Origin: Candidatus Hydrogenedentota bacterium
Lineage (GTDB): Bacteria > Hydrogenedentota > Hydrogenedentia > Hydrogenedentales > SLHB01
NCBI GenBank assembly: GCA_963745075.1
Contig: CAVUWV010000020.1
Location: 32,001-96,000 of the forward strand
DNA: 64,000 nt
Direction: 5' to 3'
The notes beneath the pieces are model-generated. The model searched no databases. It worked only from the letters and a program-made list of their open reading frames with translations, and was not told where the DNA came from. Shown here piece after piece: positions 29,902 to 40,567 of this stretch. Positions within the stretch are counted from its first letter, which is position 1. The number at the start of each line of letters is the position of its first letter. The translations under genes and the position numbers were made by a program.

Positions 29902-30068
29902 TTTTCATTTCAAATCGGCCCGACGGTGGGTGAAAATACTCGTCCGTTACCGAAAATGGAAATTCTGGGGTAAGATACTGGGGGTCCAATATTGCACCAC
30001 GACGCCAGTGTCCGCGGGTCGTGGCGGAAGATACGAGGTGCCGACAGAACAGCGGAGCTGCGCGAACC

Positions 30069-32099
30069 ATGACGGAACAGTCCGACCTTTATCTCCGGGT
30101 AATCGAGAGTCTGCACGATCCGATGATTCTGCTGGATGCCGCGGGCAATGTGGTCCATCGGAATCATGCCGCGGTTGCGCTGTTCACGGAACTGGTTGAA
30201 AGCGGGGGTTCCCCGGAATTGGACGCGTCCGGCCGCCAACTTCCTCCGTGGCTGGATGATACCCTGCGCAATCTTATGGGCGGCATCAGCCGGATGGCCG
30301 ACGAGCATCAATCGGTGACGACACGCAGCGGCGTGCGGCACTTCGAAATCGAGTTGGAGCGGATCGCGGATCCGCAAGGCAACGTGCGGGGAATGGCGGT
30401 AATTCTGCACGACATCACGGAGTTGAAGGACGCGGAAAACGCCATCCGATACCGGAGCGATTTCGCGCGTTTGGTGTCCGACATTTCGTCGCGATTCGTT
30501 GGGGTATTTCTGGAAGAATTCGACCACGCGCTGGAGGAATCACTGGCGAAGCTGGGGCAGTTTGCCGAAGCCGATTCGGCGTACGTCTTTCAGTTCACGG
30601 ATTCCGGAAGCCGTTTCTCGATGACGCATTTGTGGGAATCGGAAGACTTCGAGGGGCTAGGCGAGAAGATCGAAAACATGGACGCGGATACGATGCCGTG
30701 GTGGATGGAGCGGCTTCAGCGATCGGAGGTCGTGGCCTTGTCCTCGCTGAACGAACTCCCGGAGGAAGCGGCCACGGAACGGGCCGTCCTGGAGGCGCAG
30801 GGACTCCAATCGACGGTAGACGTGCCATTGAGTTATCAAGGGAAGACCCTCGGGTTTATGGGATTGGGTTCCGCCCGGAATGCGCGGACTTGGACGCCGG
30901 ATGAGATCAATCTGTTGAAGATTGTGGGACAAGTCTTCACGAACGCGCTCCAACACAAACGTGCGGAGGAGACATTGGGGCACGAGCGCAATCTCCTGCG
31001 CATCGTCATCGACAACCTGCCGGATTACATCTACGCGAAAGATGCGAAGAGCCGGTTCGTGCTGAATAATCGCGCCCACATCCGTTTGCTCCGGGCGAGT
31101 GCGCCGGAGGAGGTCTTCGGCAAGACCGATTACGACATCTTTCCCCGGGGATTGGCGGACCAGTATTTCACCGACGAGCAGCGCGTGATCGACTCCGGCG
31201 AAGCGTTGGTGAATCGCGAAGAATCGGTCGTGACGGAAGACGGAACACCGCGGTGGCTCCTGACGACGAAGGTGCCGTGGTTCGACAACGAGGGCAAGCC
31301 TCAGGGCATCGTGGGGATGAGCCGGGATATCACGATGCGCAAGGAGATGGCGCAAGAGCTGGAATCGCACGCGCAGCTACTCGAACAAGCGAACTCCGAG
31401 TTACAGTTGCGCAACCAGGAACTCGACGAATTCACCTACATCGCCAGCCACGATCTCCAGGAACCGCTTCGAAAGCTCATCGCGTTCAGTGACGTTTTGC
31501 GGGAAGACATGGCCGCAAACGACCAGAAAGAAGTCCATCGCGATCTCGAGATTATCGCGTCGGCCGCACAACGGATGCAGACGCTCGTGAAAGATCTGCT
31601 CGCGTTATCCCGGTCCGGGCGGCAGAGCATGGCGTGGGAGGAGGTGGACCTTTCGGACTGTGTGGACCTGGTGATGGACACGCTGGAAGTGCGGGTGCGC
31701 GAACAACGCGCCGTCGTCGAGCAGGACTCGCTGCCTGCGGTGATGGGGGACCGGACGCTTTTGGTCCAGCTCTACCAGAACCTCATCAGCAACGCGTTGA
31801 AGTTTCAGGGCGATGCGCCTCCGCGAATCCGGATTACCGCCGAGAAACTCGAAGAAGATTGGATTTTGGGCGTTGTGGACAACGGGATCGGAATCAAGTC
31901 GGAGTACGCCGAGCAGATCTTTGCCCCCTTCAAGCGGCTTCACGGACGCGGCGAATACGAGGGAACTGGCATTGGGCTCGCCATCTGCCGTAAGATTGTG
32001 GAACGACACGGAGGGAAGATTTGGGTTGAGTCGGCTCCCGGAGAGGGCGCCCATTTCAAATTCACGATGGGTGCGCAGGAAGGAGAAACGGGCACGTGA
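30069..32099 (+). CDS. PAS-GAF-PAS sensor histidine kinase
   Basis: PAS/PAC and GAF segments; FTYIASHDLQEPLR H-box, QNLISNALKF, DNGIGI and GTGIGLAIC. Confidence 0.95.
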   Translation: MTEQSDLYLRVIESLHDPMILLDAAGNVVHRNHAAVALFTELVESGGSPELDASGRQLPPWLDDTLRNLMGGISRMADEHQSVTTRSGVRHFEIELERIADPQGNVRGMAVILHDITELKDAENAIRYRSDFARLVSDISSRFVGVFLEEFDHALEESLAKLGQFAEADSAYVFQFTDSGSRFSMTHLWESEDFEGLGEKIENMDADTMPWWMERLQRSEVVALSSLNELPEEAATERAVLEAQGLQSTVDVPLSYQGKTLGFMGLGSARNARTWTPDEINLLKIVGQVFTNALQHKRAEETLGHERNLLRIVIDNLPDYIYAKDAKSRFVLNNRAHIRLLRASAPEEVFGKTDYDIFPRGLADQYFTDEQRVIDSGEALVNREESVVTEDGTPRWLLTTKVPWFDNEGKPQGIVGMSRDITMRKEMAQELESHAQLLEQANSELQLRNQELDEFTYIASHDLQEPLRKLIAFSDVLREDMAANDQKEVHRDLEIIASAAQRMQTLVKDLLALSRSGRQSMAWEEVDLSDCVDLVMDTLEVRVREQRAVVEQDSLPAVMGDRTLLVQLYQNLISNALKFQGDAPPRIRITAEKLEEDWILGVVDNGIGIKSEYAEQIFAPFKRLHGRGEYEGTGIGLAICRKIVERHGGKIWVESAPGEGAHFKFTMGAQEGETGT

Positions 32100-32545
32100 T
32101 GTCGCAGAGGGCGAGACCGGCGGTCATTCTGCTTGTTGAAGACGACCCCGACGATCAGGAATTGACGAAGCGGGCATTGCGATCGAGCAAGCTGCTCAAC
32201 ACGCTCAAAATCGTGAACGACGGGGAACAAGCCCTGGACTATTTGTATCAGCGCGGCGACTTCGCCGGCCCCGACACGGCACCGCGTCCCGAGCTGATTC
32301 TTCTCGATTTGAACATGCCGAAGCTGGATGGACGTTCGGTACTGACGCGGATCAAGCAGGACCCCGAATTGCGAAGCATCCCCGTGGTGATTCTGACGAC
32401 GTCGTCGCGGGAAGAAGACGTGGCGCGCAGTTACCACTTGGGCGTGAATTCGTATATCACGAAGCCCGTTCGTATGGAAGGGTTCATCCGGGCGATTCAA
32501 GACCTGGAGCACTACTGGTTCGATCTCGTCGTGCTTCCCTCTTAA
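32099..32545 (+). CDS. Single-domain response regulator (Rcp1-like)
   Basis: ILLVEDD, LILLDLNMP, LTTS, NSYITKP and YW. Confidence 0.95.
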   Translation: MSQRARPAVILLVEDDPDDQELTKRALRSSKLLNTLKIVNDGEQALDYLYQRGDFAGPDTAPRPELILLDLNMPKLDGRSVLTRIKQDPELRSIPVVILTTSSREEDVARSYHLGVNSYITKPVRMEGFIRAIQDLEHYWFDLVVLPS

Positions 32546-33734
32546 GAGGCGCTATTCTCCTCGCGCGGCAGATCGATAGGCAACGCAAAGAAGAAGGTTG
32601 AACCGCCTTCGCCGCGCGAGTCCACCCAGATATGCCCGCCGTGGTATTCGATGATTTTGCGGCACAGGGCAAGCCCGATTCCGACGCCCCGGGCGCTCGG
32701 TCCGTGACTCCCGCGGGCGAACATGAGAAAAATTTCGTCCGCGTCTTCTTCTGAAACGCCCAAACCGTTGTCGTGCACTTCGCAGAACCATTGATCGCCT
32801 TTGCGAGTCGCGGCGATTTCGATCTGCGGGGCGGCGTCGGACCGGTATTTCAGCGCGTTGTCCACCAGGTTTTCGAAAACGCCGCGCATGAGACGGCGGT
32901 CACCGCTGACAATGGGCAGTTCGCCGATGGTCACCGTGGCGCCGGCTCGCTGAATGCGATAGTCCAAGGCATCGCAAACACTTCGGGCGACCTCGCCGAG
33001 ATCGATGTCGCTGAACGGCTTTCGCTGCCGGCGCGTGAGTGAGTAGTCCAGGACCAATTGCACCAGCATCTCCATGTTCCGGACTTCGAGGAAAACACAA
33101 TCCATGGACTCGGTCAGCGAATCGAGCTTTTTTGGGGGTCGGCCCCGGCCAACTCGGGCTCGATACTGCTGACGTGTTCTGCCAACATCCGCAAGGGTTG
33201 TTGCAGGTCGCGCGCGACGATTTCCGCAAACTGTTCCAGCTCGAGGTTGCTTCGGTGCAATTCGGCGGTGCGTTCGCGCACCCGGCTTTCCAATTCCTCA
33301 TTCGCTTCGCGCAAGGCCTCGCGGACGCGGTAATTCTCGATGGCGTACCGGATGGACCGTTCGATGAGGGCAGGCGTGAGGTTGGTCTTTTCGATGTAGT
33401 CAAAGGCGCCCAACTCCATCGCTTGCATGTCGACCTCGACGTTTCCGTGGCCGGTGAGCAGGATCACGGGCCGTTGGTATCCACGCCCGCGCATCTCGCG
33501 CAACAATTCCAGGCCGGTGTGTTCGCCGAGTTGGTAGTCGAGCAGGCAGATGTCGTGGACGTCGGCGGCGACGGTCTCCAACGCCTTCTCGAAGGACGAA
33601 ACCCAGTCAACCGAATAGGTTGCGGTGACAGCCCTCCGGAGATACTTGTCAACGACGATGTATTCCTCTTCATCGTCGTCGACTACGAGGACCCGTATGG
33701 AATGCGATTTCATCGCTCTGCTCCCCATATCCAT
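32542..33734 (-). CDS. Receiver-histidine kinase hybrid with degenerate H-box; frameshifted near 33120
   Basis: REC (VVDDD, LLDYQL, LTG, DYIEK), coiled coil, FAEIVARDLQQPL; HATPase (NLVDNALKY, DNGLG, GIGLALC) continues in another frame. Confidence 0.82.
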
Positions 33735-33776
33735 TTTATCAGAAAATCCGTCCGGTCGTTCGCCATGGTGTTCCGC

Positions 33777-34508
33777 CTACTTTCCGCGTGCCAGCCGACG
33801 CGCCAACTGCGGCGGCAGGCCCGCGTCAAGGACTTTCTGAGCCGTCACACTGATGTCGTACTGAACCCGGCAAAACTCAAATATCCGCTTTTCCGTTTCG
33901 TAGATTCCGAAGGCGGCGCGCGGATCGTGGTCGCGTGGTTGACCGACCGAGCCGGGATTGATGAAATAGCGGTTTACGGGATTCAGGGTCACGCAATTGG
34001 ATTGCAACGACTGCGGGCCGCTCCCCCGCTCGCCAAAGAGCGACGCGCGATGGCTATGGCCAAAGAAACACACGCGCGCATTGGAACGCATGAGATATTC
34101 GACATAGCGCATGGCGTCGAGCCAGTCGAGGATGTAGTCGTCGCGGTTTCCGGGCGCGCCGTGGACGGCCAGCGTGTCGTCGTCGATCGCAATTTCGCGG
34201 GGAACCTGGCGAAGCCAGATCCGATTTTCGGGCCGGAGCTGCTCGGATTGCCAAAAGATTGCGGCCTGGGCGTTCTCGTTGAAGAACCAGGGTTCCTCCA
34301 GCCCGCACACGGCGGCATCGTGGTTGCCCATCAAGGTGGGGATTTCTCGCTCACGAATGATGTCGATCACTTCGTTCGGATTCGCATAGTACCCAGCAAC
34401 GTCGCCAAGACAGACGATTCTCGCGGGCTTAATCTCATCGAGCTGCTTGAAAACAGCCTGGGTAGCTTCCAGGTTGGCGTGAAGGTCGGCGATTATACCT
34501 ACTAGCAT
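33777..34508 (-). CDS. Metallophosphoesterase family protein
   Basis: ADLHAN, LGDVAGY, GNHD, HG, GHSH and NPGSVGQPRD. Confidence 0.93.
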   Translation of the reverse strand: MLVGIIADLHANLEATQAVFKQLDEIKPARIVCLGDVAGYYANPNEVIDIIREREIPTLMGNHDAAVCGLEEPWFFNENAQAAIFWQSEQLRPENRIWLRQVPREIAIDDDTLAVHGAPGNRDDYILDWLDAMRYVEYLMRSNARVCFFGHSHRASLFGERGSGPQSLQSNCVTLNPVNRYFINPGSVGQPRDHDPRAAFGIYETEKRIFEFCRVQYDISVTAQKVLDAGLPPQLARRLARGK

Positions 34509-34704
34509 GTTATCCTCGTTGGGCGTCCGCGCCGGTTCTGAGAACCGCCGCATAGCAGCACGACATGATCTTATGATATGAATGCAGTGCGGGTAAAGTG
34601 CGGCGTAATGCCCCGGAAAACACGGACTATCGCACGGACAATTCTTGCGAGGCATTTCCGCGGCGGTTTACCGTCCGAGGCAGGATACTCAGGGAGACAT
34701 CGCC

Positions 34705-35955
34705 ATGGCGCCGACAAAGGACTTAGCCCTGTTTCACGGGGCCGCGTTGGCCATCTTCATGTTTCTTGGAGCGGGAACTGCCAGGAGCCAGTCTATCGAA
34801 TTCTACAAGCACGCCATCGACGACGCTTTTGAAGCCGGATATCAGGTAAGCGTCGCGGACGTGGACGGAGACGGGCTCGACAACGTCATCGCACTGTCCA
34901 CGACGCCGTCCCGGCTGGTTTGGTACAAGAATCCGGACTGGGCCTGCTACACCGTTTCGAGCACAAACGAGCGCAATATCGACATCGCCCCGTACGATAT
35001 TGACGGGGACGGTGACCCCGATTTGGCGCTCGCCAGCGAATTCAGCCTTGGCAGTTCGCTTCATGGAGGCCGGGTGCAGTGGTTGGAATGTCCGGACATT
35101 CCCGAGCAGAATCAGGAGTGGGCCGCCCACGATATCGACCGGGTTCCAACGTCTCACCGGCTCCGGTGGGCCGACCTCGACGGAAACGGGGTCAAGGAGC
35201 TCCTTGACCTGCCCATCATCGGGATCGGCGCGCATGCGCCGGAATACGAGGTGGGTGTTCAGTTCAAAGCATACGAGATTCCCGCCGAGCCCAAATCGGG
35301 GAATTGGTTTGCACACATGATCGACGACTCGTTGCACATGGCCCACGGAATCGCCGTGGTCGCGTGGGACGACGACGCGGCGAGTGAGATCCTCACGGCA
35401 AGCTTCGAAGGAATCCATCTCTATACGCTGGCCTTGGACGCGAAAAATGCCAACAAGACGCACTTGGGTTCCGGAAAGCCGGGGGCTCGCCCAGGGCAGG
35501 GATCGAGTGAAGTCGACATGGGGAGGCTTTCTTCCGAAAATCGGCGCTTTGTGGCGACGATTGAACCCTGGCACGGAAACGAGGTGGTGGCATACACACC
35601 GGGCGCGACAGAGGGCGCGCCATGGTCTCGCAGGGTCATCGACGACCAATTGAGGGACGGGCACGCGCTAAAGTGTGCAGATTTCGACGGGGACGGCAAC
35701 GATGAAATTGTGGCTGGGTACCGTGGCGCCGACCACAATCTTTACCTATACCGTTACGATGGCGAAAACCACCGCTGGAATCGGACCACATTGGATGAGA
35801 GCGGTATGGGTGCTGCGGGTCTGTTTCTAGCCGATCTGAATCGGGACGGGGCCGTTGACCTCGTTGCCATCGGCAGCGCGACAAATAACGTCGTGTGGTA
35901 CGAGAATCTCGCAGGCCACACGGAAACAGAAGCCAACGCAAAGGGGCCTCGTTGA
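34705..35955 (+). CDS. Secreted FG-GAP/VCBS beta-propeller resembling the aldos-2-ulose dehydratase propeller
   Basis: Repeated DxDGDG motifs; SHRLRWAD, HG, EPWHGNEV and GHAL histidine motifs. Confidence 0.72.
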   Translation: MAPTKDLALFHGAALAIFMFLGAGTARSQSIEFYKHAIDDAFEAGYQVSVADVDGDGLDNVIALSTTPSRLVWYKNPDWACYTVSSTNERNIDIAPYDIDGDGDPDLALASEFSLGSSLHGGRVQWLECPDIPEQNQEWAAHDIDRVPTSHRLRWADLDGNGVKELLDLPIIGIGAHAPEYEVGVQFKAYEIPAEPKSGNWFAHMIDDSLHMAHGIAVVAWDDDAASEILTASFEGIHLYTLALDAKNANKTHLGSGKPGARPGQGSSEVDMGRLSSENRRFVATIEPWHGNEVVAYTPGATEGAPWSRRVIDDQLRDGHALKCADFDGDGNDEIVAGYRGADHNLYLYRYDGENHRWNRTTLDESGMGAAGLFLADLNRDGAVDLVAIGSATNNVVWYENLAGHTETEANAKGPR

Positions 35956-35958
35956 CGG

Positions 35959-36702
35959 ATGGATGCTTTCGATCGAGCGGCAATGCTCTATGAAGTCTTC
36001 TCGAATACCGAGGGCCGACTCAACCGGGAAGGGCCGTTTCTCATGGATGTACTGTCACGCGGTCCGGGCAAGCGCGTTGCCGACATCGCCTGCGGGACGG
36101 GCCTGCACGCGTTATTCTTCGCCGAGCACGGTGCGCGGGTGCACGCGTACGACATCAGCGAAGGGATGATCGAACATGCCCAGTCGGTGCGTCCTCACGA
36201 GCACGTCGAGTACGCAGTTCATGATATGCGCGAACCGCTTCCCGAAACGTTCGACCTGGTCCTTTGTACCGGAAACTCCCTTTCGCTGCTGACCTCGGTT
36301 GAGGATCTGCGACGGTGCTTTGCGGCGGTTTACGACGCACTTTCCGGCGGAGGGCGGTTCCTGGCACAAGTTCTGAACTATGCCTCACCCGGGAATCAGA
36401 AGGTCCGCACCCGCGTGGAGGAGCGAACGGTGAACGACTCGAACGTCGTCGCCGTGAAGTGCCTGGCGCCGCGCGGAAAACACACGTACCTTACGCTGAC
36501 CTACTTTGTAGAATCCGGGCTGAACACCACCGCCGCGTCGGAGTCGGCAATTCTCTCCAACTGGAGCCTTAGAGACCTGACGAAGGCGGCGCAGTGCGCA
36601 GGGCTTGCAGTCCTGGAGACACTCGGCGGATTCAATGGGGAGCCGTACAACCCGGACACTTCCAGCGATCTGGTGATGATTTGCGACCGCCCATCGGCGT
36701 AA
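35959..36702 (+). CDS. Class I SAM-dependent methyltransferase
   Basis: VADIACGTG, DISEGM, FDLVLCTGNSL and LSGGGRF. Confidence 0.9.
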   Translation: MDAFDRAAMLYEVFSNTEGRLNREGPFLMDVLSRGPGKRVADIACGTGLHALFFAEHGARVHAYDISEGMIEHAQSVRPHEHVEYAVHDMREPLPETFDLVLCTGNSLSLLTSVEDLRRCFAAVYDALSGGGRFLAQVLNYASPGNQKVRTRVEERTVNDSNVVAVKCLAPRGKHTYLTLTYFVESGLNTTAASESAILSNWSLRDLTKAAQCAGLAVLETLGGFNGEPYNPDTSSDLVMICDRPSA

Positions 36703-36723
36703 GTCTGCACAGCGGAATCAAGA

Positions 36724-38160
36724 CTACAGTGTTTCTCCAAGCCGGAACACGCAGACGTACCCGAAGACGAGAAATGCCAAGACGAGACCAACAGCAAGGA
36801 CGGGATGGGGTTTGATGAGGGGACGGACGGTGGGCGAGAAGAACCGCGGCATGACGGCGTACAAGACCCATCCGACCGCGACCGCCTGGAGCGGAGTCAG
36901 GAGCAACCCGTCGAGGACTGCGCTGAGTTTCACGAGAAAGACGGGCTTGGGCCCGAAGGCGTATACGATGATCAGGTTCGATATGGCATATAGCACCAGG
37001 ACCGTGCGAAATTGGCGTTTCCACGACCATCGTGCCACACCCGGGATGAGGATGCGCCCACAATCTGCAAGTAAGCGCGGCCAACCGGCAAACTGACCGA
37101 GCATGGTGCTGATCATGGCGGCCAATCCCGCGAGCACAAAGAGGTGGGCGCCCAGTTCACCCCATCGGTCCCCGAATAACCGGGAGAGCTGAAGGGCAAC
37201 TTCGGAGCCCTCGGGGGCAATGTGCTGTACACCAAGCACGCCCGCCCCGGCAATCATGAATGCGGCAGTTACGGCAATGCCGATGATGACAGCCATCGAT
37301 GCATCGAACGTGACAACCCGCCGCCAGCCGAGCAGACGCCGTGCATCGTTCTCGTCGAGCGATTGTAGTTGGTCCTTATCCAAGGGTTTCCCGTATCCCC
37401 GGCCACGTGCCATGCCGTAGCCGGCGCCCAACACCCAGTATGTGTACCAGACCTGGCTGGCAAACCCGCCTGCGGCCCAGCCAAGCAGGGGCAAGATTTC
37501 GAGCCACGGAGACTTGGGCGGTCCCTCGCCTTGAAACCATGCCGGGGCCGGAGGAATCTCAAATCCGAAGAGACCGTGGAGGATCGCGTTCAGACCGGGC
37601 CACGTCGCAAATGCGACCGTAAACGTCCCGATGATGATGAGAAGCACGAGGAGCGACATGACCTGTTTCAGGGGGTTGTATTCCCCACTCCAAACGAGCG
37701 CGATGACGGCCAGAACGATGATCCAACCAAGGTAGAAGGTGTAGTCGGGAGGGACTGGTATGAAGTACGCCACGAATATGGCCGCTACGCTTGCAAGGGC
37801 GCTGGTCGAGATGGCGCCGGAGCTGATCTGTCCGATGAACACGGGCCACAAGACCCAATTGCGGGGCCCGGGGGTCCGGCTCATCATGTCGACCATGCCT
37901 TCGCCGGTGGTGACGGTGTAGTGGGCGCCGGCGAGGCCAATCCAGAACTTGGCGAAAATAGCGATGGTCGGGACCCACAACAGGGCCACGCCGTAGATGG
38001 CGCCGGCGCGCGTGGACAGGATCACTTCGCCGGAACCGATGTATTCGCCGCACCACATCAGCCCCGGGCCCAAGGCAAGTAACAGCAGAATCCCCCGTGG
38101 CGCGCGCGGGACCCGTGGCTGGTCTCTCCCCTCTTCCGCGGTTGTCATGGCGCCCATCAT
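36724..38160 (-). CDS. Nramp-like (YcsG-type) membrane transporter
   Basis: LGPGLMW..EYIGSGE...GAIYG.ALLW and YT..TGE; about 11 TM helices. Confidence 0.8.
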   Translation of the reverse strand: MMGAMTTAEEGRDQPRVPRAPRGILLLLALGPGLMWCGEYIGSGEVILSTRAGAIYGVALLWVPTIAIFAKFWIGLAGAHYTVTTGEGMVDMMSRTPGPRNWVLWPVFIGQISSGAISTSALASVAAIFVAYFIPVPPDYTFYLGWIIVLAVIALVWSGEYNPLKQVMSLLVLLIIIGTFTVAFATWPGLNAILHGLFGFEIPPAPAWFQGEGPPKSPWLEILPLLGWAAGGFASQVWYTYWVLGAGYGMARGRGYGKPLDKDQLQSLDENDARRLLGWRRVVTFDASMAVIIGIAVTAAFMIAGAGVLGVQHIAPEGSEVALQLSRLFGDRWGELGAHLFVLAGLAAMISTMLGQFAGWPRLLADCGRILIPGVARWSWKRQFRTVLVLYAISNLIIVYAFGPKPVFLVKLSAVLDGLLLTPLQAVAVGWVLYAVMPRFFSPTVRPLIKPHPVLAVGLVLAFLVFGYVCVFRLGETL

Positions 38161-38251
38161 CGGGATTTCGGGTGGGGTTCGCAACTTTCGAGGAAGAATT
38201 GCAGTAGCGTAGTCGAATGGATCAGGGTCGCGTAACCGAGGCCATCGCACA

Positions 38252-38353
38252 AGGGAATGAGACCTATACGACGAATGGGACCTATTGGCACAAGACATCC
38301 GTTGTTCGCTGCTGGTTTCTTCCTATTGGTCCCATAGGTCAGATGGGTCCCAT
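38252..38353. repeat. Inverted pair of 9-bp-period arrays (ATGGGACCT-like)
   Basis: atgagacct atacgacga atgggacct ... tggtcccat aggtcagat gggtcccat between divergent genes. Confidence 0.7.
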
Positions 38354-38412
38354 TGACACGGCGTAGCCCCTGCTAGCGCCCACTCCCGAAAAACAGCTAC
38401 ACTGCATGTCTC

Positions 38413-40497
38413 ATGGATGCATACCAACTCGAAAACGACCGAATCTCTGTAACCTTCGATAAGGTTACTGGGGCGCTCACGCAACTCATATTCAAAGACT
38501 CGGGTTGGTCGGTACAACGGCGGCCGGAATTGTCGCAATCGTTCGGTCTGCTGGTTCCGGTTCCGGGGAAGCGGAACACGCGGGTAGTCGGCCGACGGCA
38601 GAAGCTTTCCAACGCTGGGCGCGAAGGTGATTCGCTTCGGTTCACTTGGGAAGGACTCGACACTGAAACCGGCGTTTCGCTCGACATCCAGTTGACGGGA
38701 ATGGTCTCGCTACGCGATAACCAACTGGAATTTACCGCGGCCATCGAAAATCGCACGGATCACATCGTAGAGGCGTGTATCTGGCCGTGGCTGGGCGATC
38801 TTTCGCGGCCCGAGGGCTCCACGCGCTTCTTTCATCTGCATCAAGCGTACGGGACGGCGGTAAATGAATCGCTCTATCCCTCGTTTGAAAGTCATCGGGG
38901 CTGTTTTGGGGTCGAACATCCCTTGCAACTTTCCGCAACGCCGAGTTCGCCGTTTGTGATTGCACATAACGGATCGCAGGGTCTTTACGTCGGGTATCAC
39001 GACACCACGGCGGAGCACTTGGTGCAATTTCGTTTTGAACTGTTTCCGGGATTCGAGTTTGCCGAGGCGTTTGAAGCAGGCACGGTGCCAAAGGACGACA
39101 CGCTCGGGGGAGCGCCGGTACATCTCGAGTGTGCGGTCATTCACTTTCCTTTCGCGGGTTCGGGCGTATCGGAACTGAAGCCGGTGATTGTTGCGCCCTA
39201 CCAGGGGTCTTGGCACATAGGCGTCGATGTTTACAAGACGTGGCGGAAGACGTGGTACGCGCCTCCGAAAAAGCCGAAGTGGTTGAAGCAGGTTCACTCC
39301 TGGCAACAGATTCACGTGAACTCGCCGGAAGAAGAGTACGCCGTGCCGTATCGTGCGTTGCGTGACATCGCCGACGAATGCGCGGAGCATGATGTGCGTG
39401 CGGTGCAAATCACGGGGTGGGCGTCAGGCGGACAGGACCGTAACAATCCTTCGCACGACACGGAGCCCGGTCTGGGGACTTGGGAAGAATTGCACGACGC
39501 AATCCAGTACATGGAGTCGCTGGGCGTGCACGCCGTGCTGTTCAGCAAGTTCACGTGGTCCGACCGTAGCACGGAGTGGTATCGGATGGACCTCAAGCGT
39601 CTGGCCATGAAGGACCCGTACGGCGATGAATACTACTATCCCGGCTACATGTACCTGACTGAAACGCAGCTCGCGAATATCAACACGCGCCGGTTCATTC
39701 CCATGTGCATGAATTGTCAGGAGTGGCTGGACGTTGCGGGCGAGGAATTTCAGAAGGTGCTGGCGCTTGAACCGTCGGGCATGCTCTACGACGAGTGCCA
39801 GCATCACGGCGGCGCAAACTACTGCTTCGATGCGAATCATGGGCACCGCGTGCCGGCGCATGTGTTTGCGGGCGATGCACCGCTTGCAGAAGCCTTTTGT
39901 GATGCTGCAAACGAGCGGGGCCGTGAGTTCCTGATGGCGGGCGAAGATTGTTACGACCTGCAACTCCGCCACTATCACCTTTCCTATTTTCGGATTGGCA
40001 CGGGCCATTTGCCAATGCTGCGGTACATCGCCCCCGATACGGAAATGATGGTCGCCGTGCTCGGGTACAACAATCGCACGGTGATCAATCAGGCGTTGTT
40101 GTACCGCTACATTCTGAGCTACGAGCCGCGCGGGTTTAAGGGACGCTTGTCTGAGTTTCCGCTGACACTCCAGTATGGTAAACAGGTGGACGCACTTCGC
40201 GACCGCTACAACAACTATCTCTGGGATGCCGAATTTCGGGACACGCAGGGGGCGGAGGTATCGATCCTGGACGGACCATCAAGGGTGCGTCACTCCGTGT
40301 TCGTTAGTCACGCAACTGGGAAACGTGCGGTGGTCGTTGTCAATACGAGCTATGACGAGCCGGCAACGGTTCAGGTTCATTTGGAGCCGGCCGCAGATGC
40401 GTTGCGCATTGCGACCCCGGAAGAACCGGCATTGGTGTCTTGCGACGGCTGCGTTCGTTTAGATCCGGTCTCGGCAGCCGTAATTCTGGAGACTTGA
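38413..40497 (+). CDS. DUF6259-like putative glycoside hydrolase
   Basis: Beta-sandwich N-terminus, TIM-barrel-like core (QITGW..GGQDR..P, LYDE, AGE) and C-terminal beta domain. Confidence 0.6.
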   Translation: MDAYQLENDRISVTFDKVTGALTQLIFKDSGWSVQRRPELSQSFGLLVPVPGKRNTRVVGRRQKLSNAGREGDSLRFTWEGLDTETGVSLDIQLTGMVSLRDNQLEFTAAIENRTDHIVEACIWPWLGDLSRPEGSTRFFHLHQAYGTAVNESLYPSFESHRGCFGVEHPLQLSATPSSPFVIAHNGSQGLYVGYHDTTAEHLVQFRFELFPGFEFAEAFEAGTVPKDDTLGGAPVHLECAVIHFPFAGSGVSELKPVIVAPYQGSWHIGVDVYKTWRKTWYAPPKKPKWLKQVHSWQQIHVNSPEEEYAVPYRALRDIADECAEHDVRAVQITGWASGGQDRNNPSHDTEPGLGTWEELHDAIQYMESLGVHAVLFSKFTWSDRSTEWYRMDLKRLAMKDPYGDEYYYPGYMYLTETQLANINTRRFIPMCMNCQEWLDVAGEEFQKVLALEPSGMLYDECQHHGGANYCFDANHGHRVPAHVFAGDAPLAEAFCDAANERGREFLMAGEDCYDLQLRHYHLSYFRIGTGHLPMLRYIAPDTEMMVAVLGYNNRTVINQALLYRYILSYEPRGFKGRLSEFPLTLQYGKQVDALRDRYNNYLWDAEFRDTQGAEVSILDGPSRVRHSVFVSHATGKRAVVVVNTSYDEPATVQVHLEPAADALRIATPEEPALVSCDGCVRLDPVSAAVILET

Positions 40498-40567
40498 CGA
40501 ACAGTTTGTCTTGGTCGTGCGAATTCCGTTACGGTCGACAGGAAGCGACTCAGGAGTGCAATAGCTC

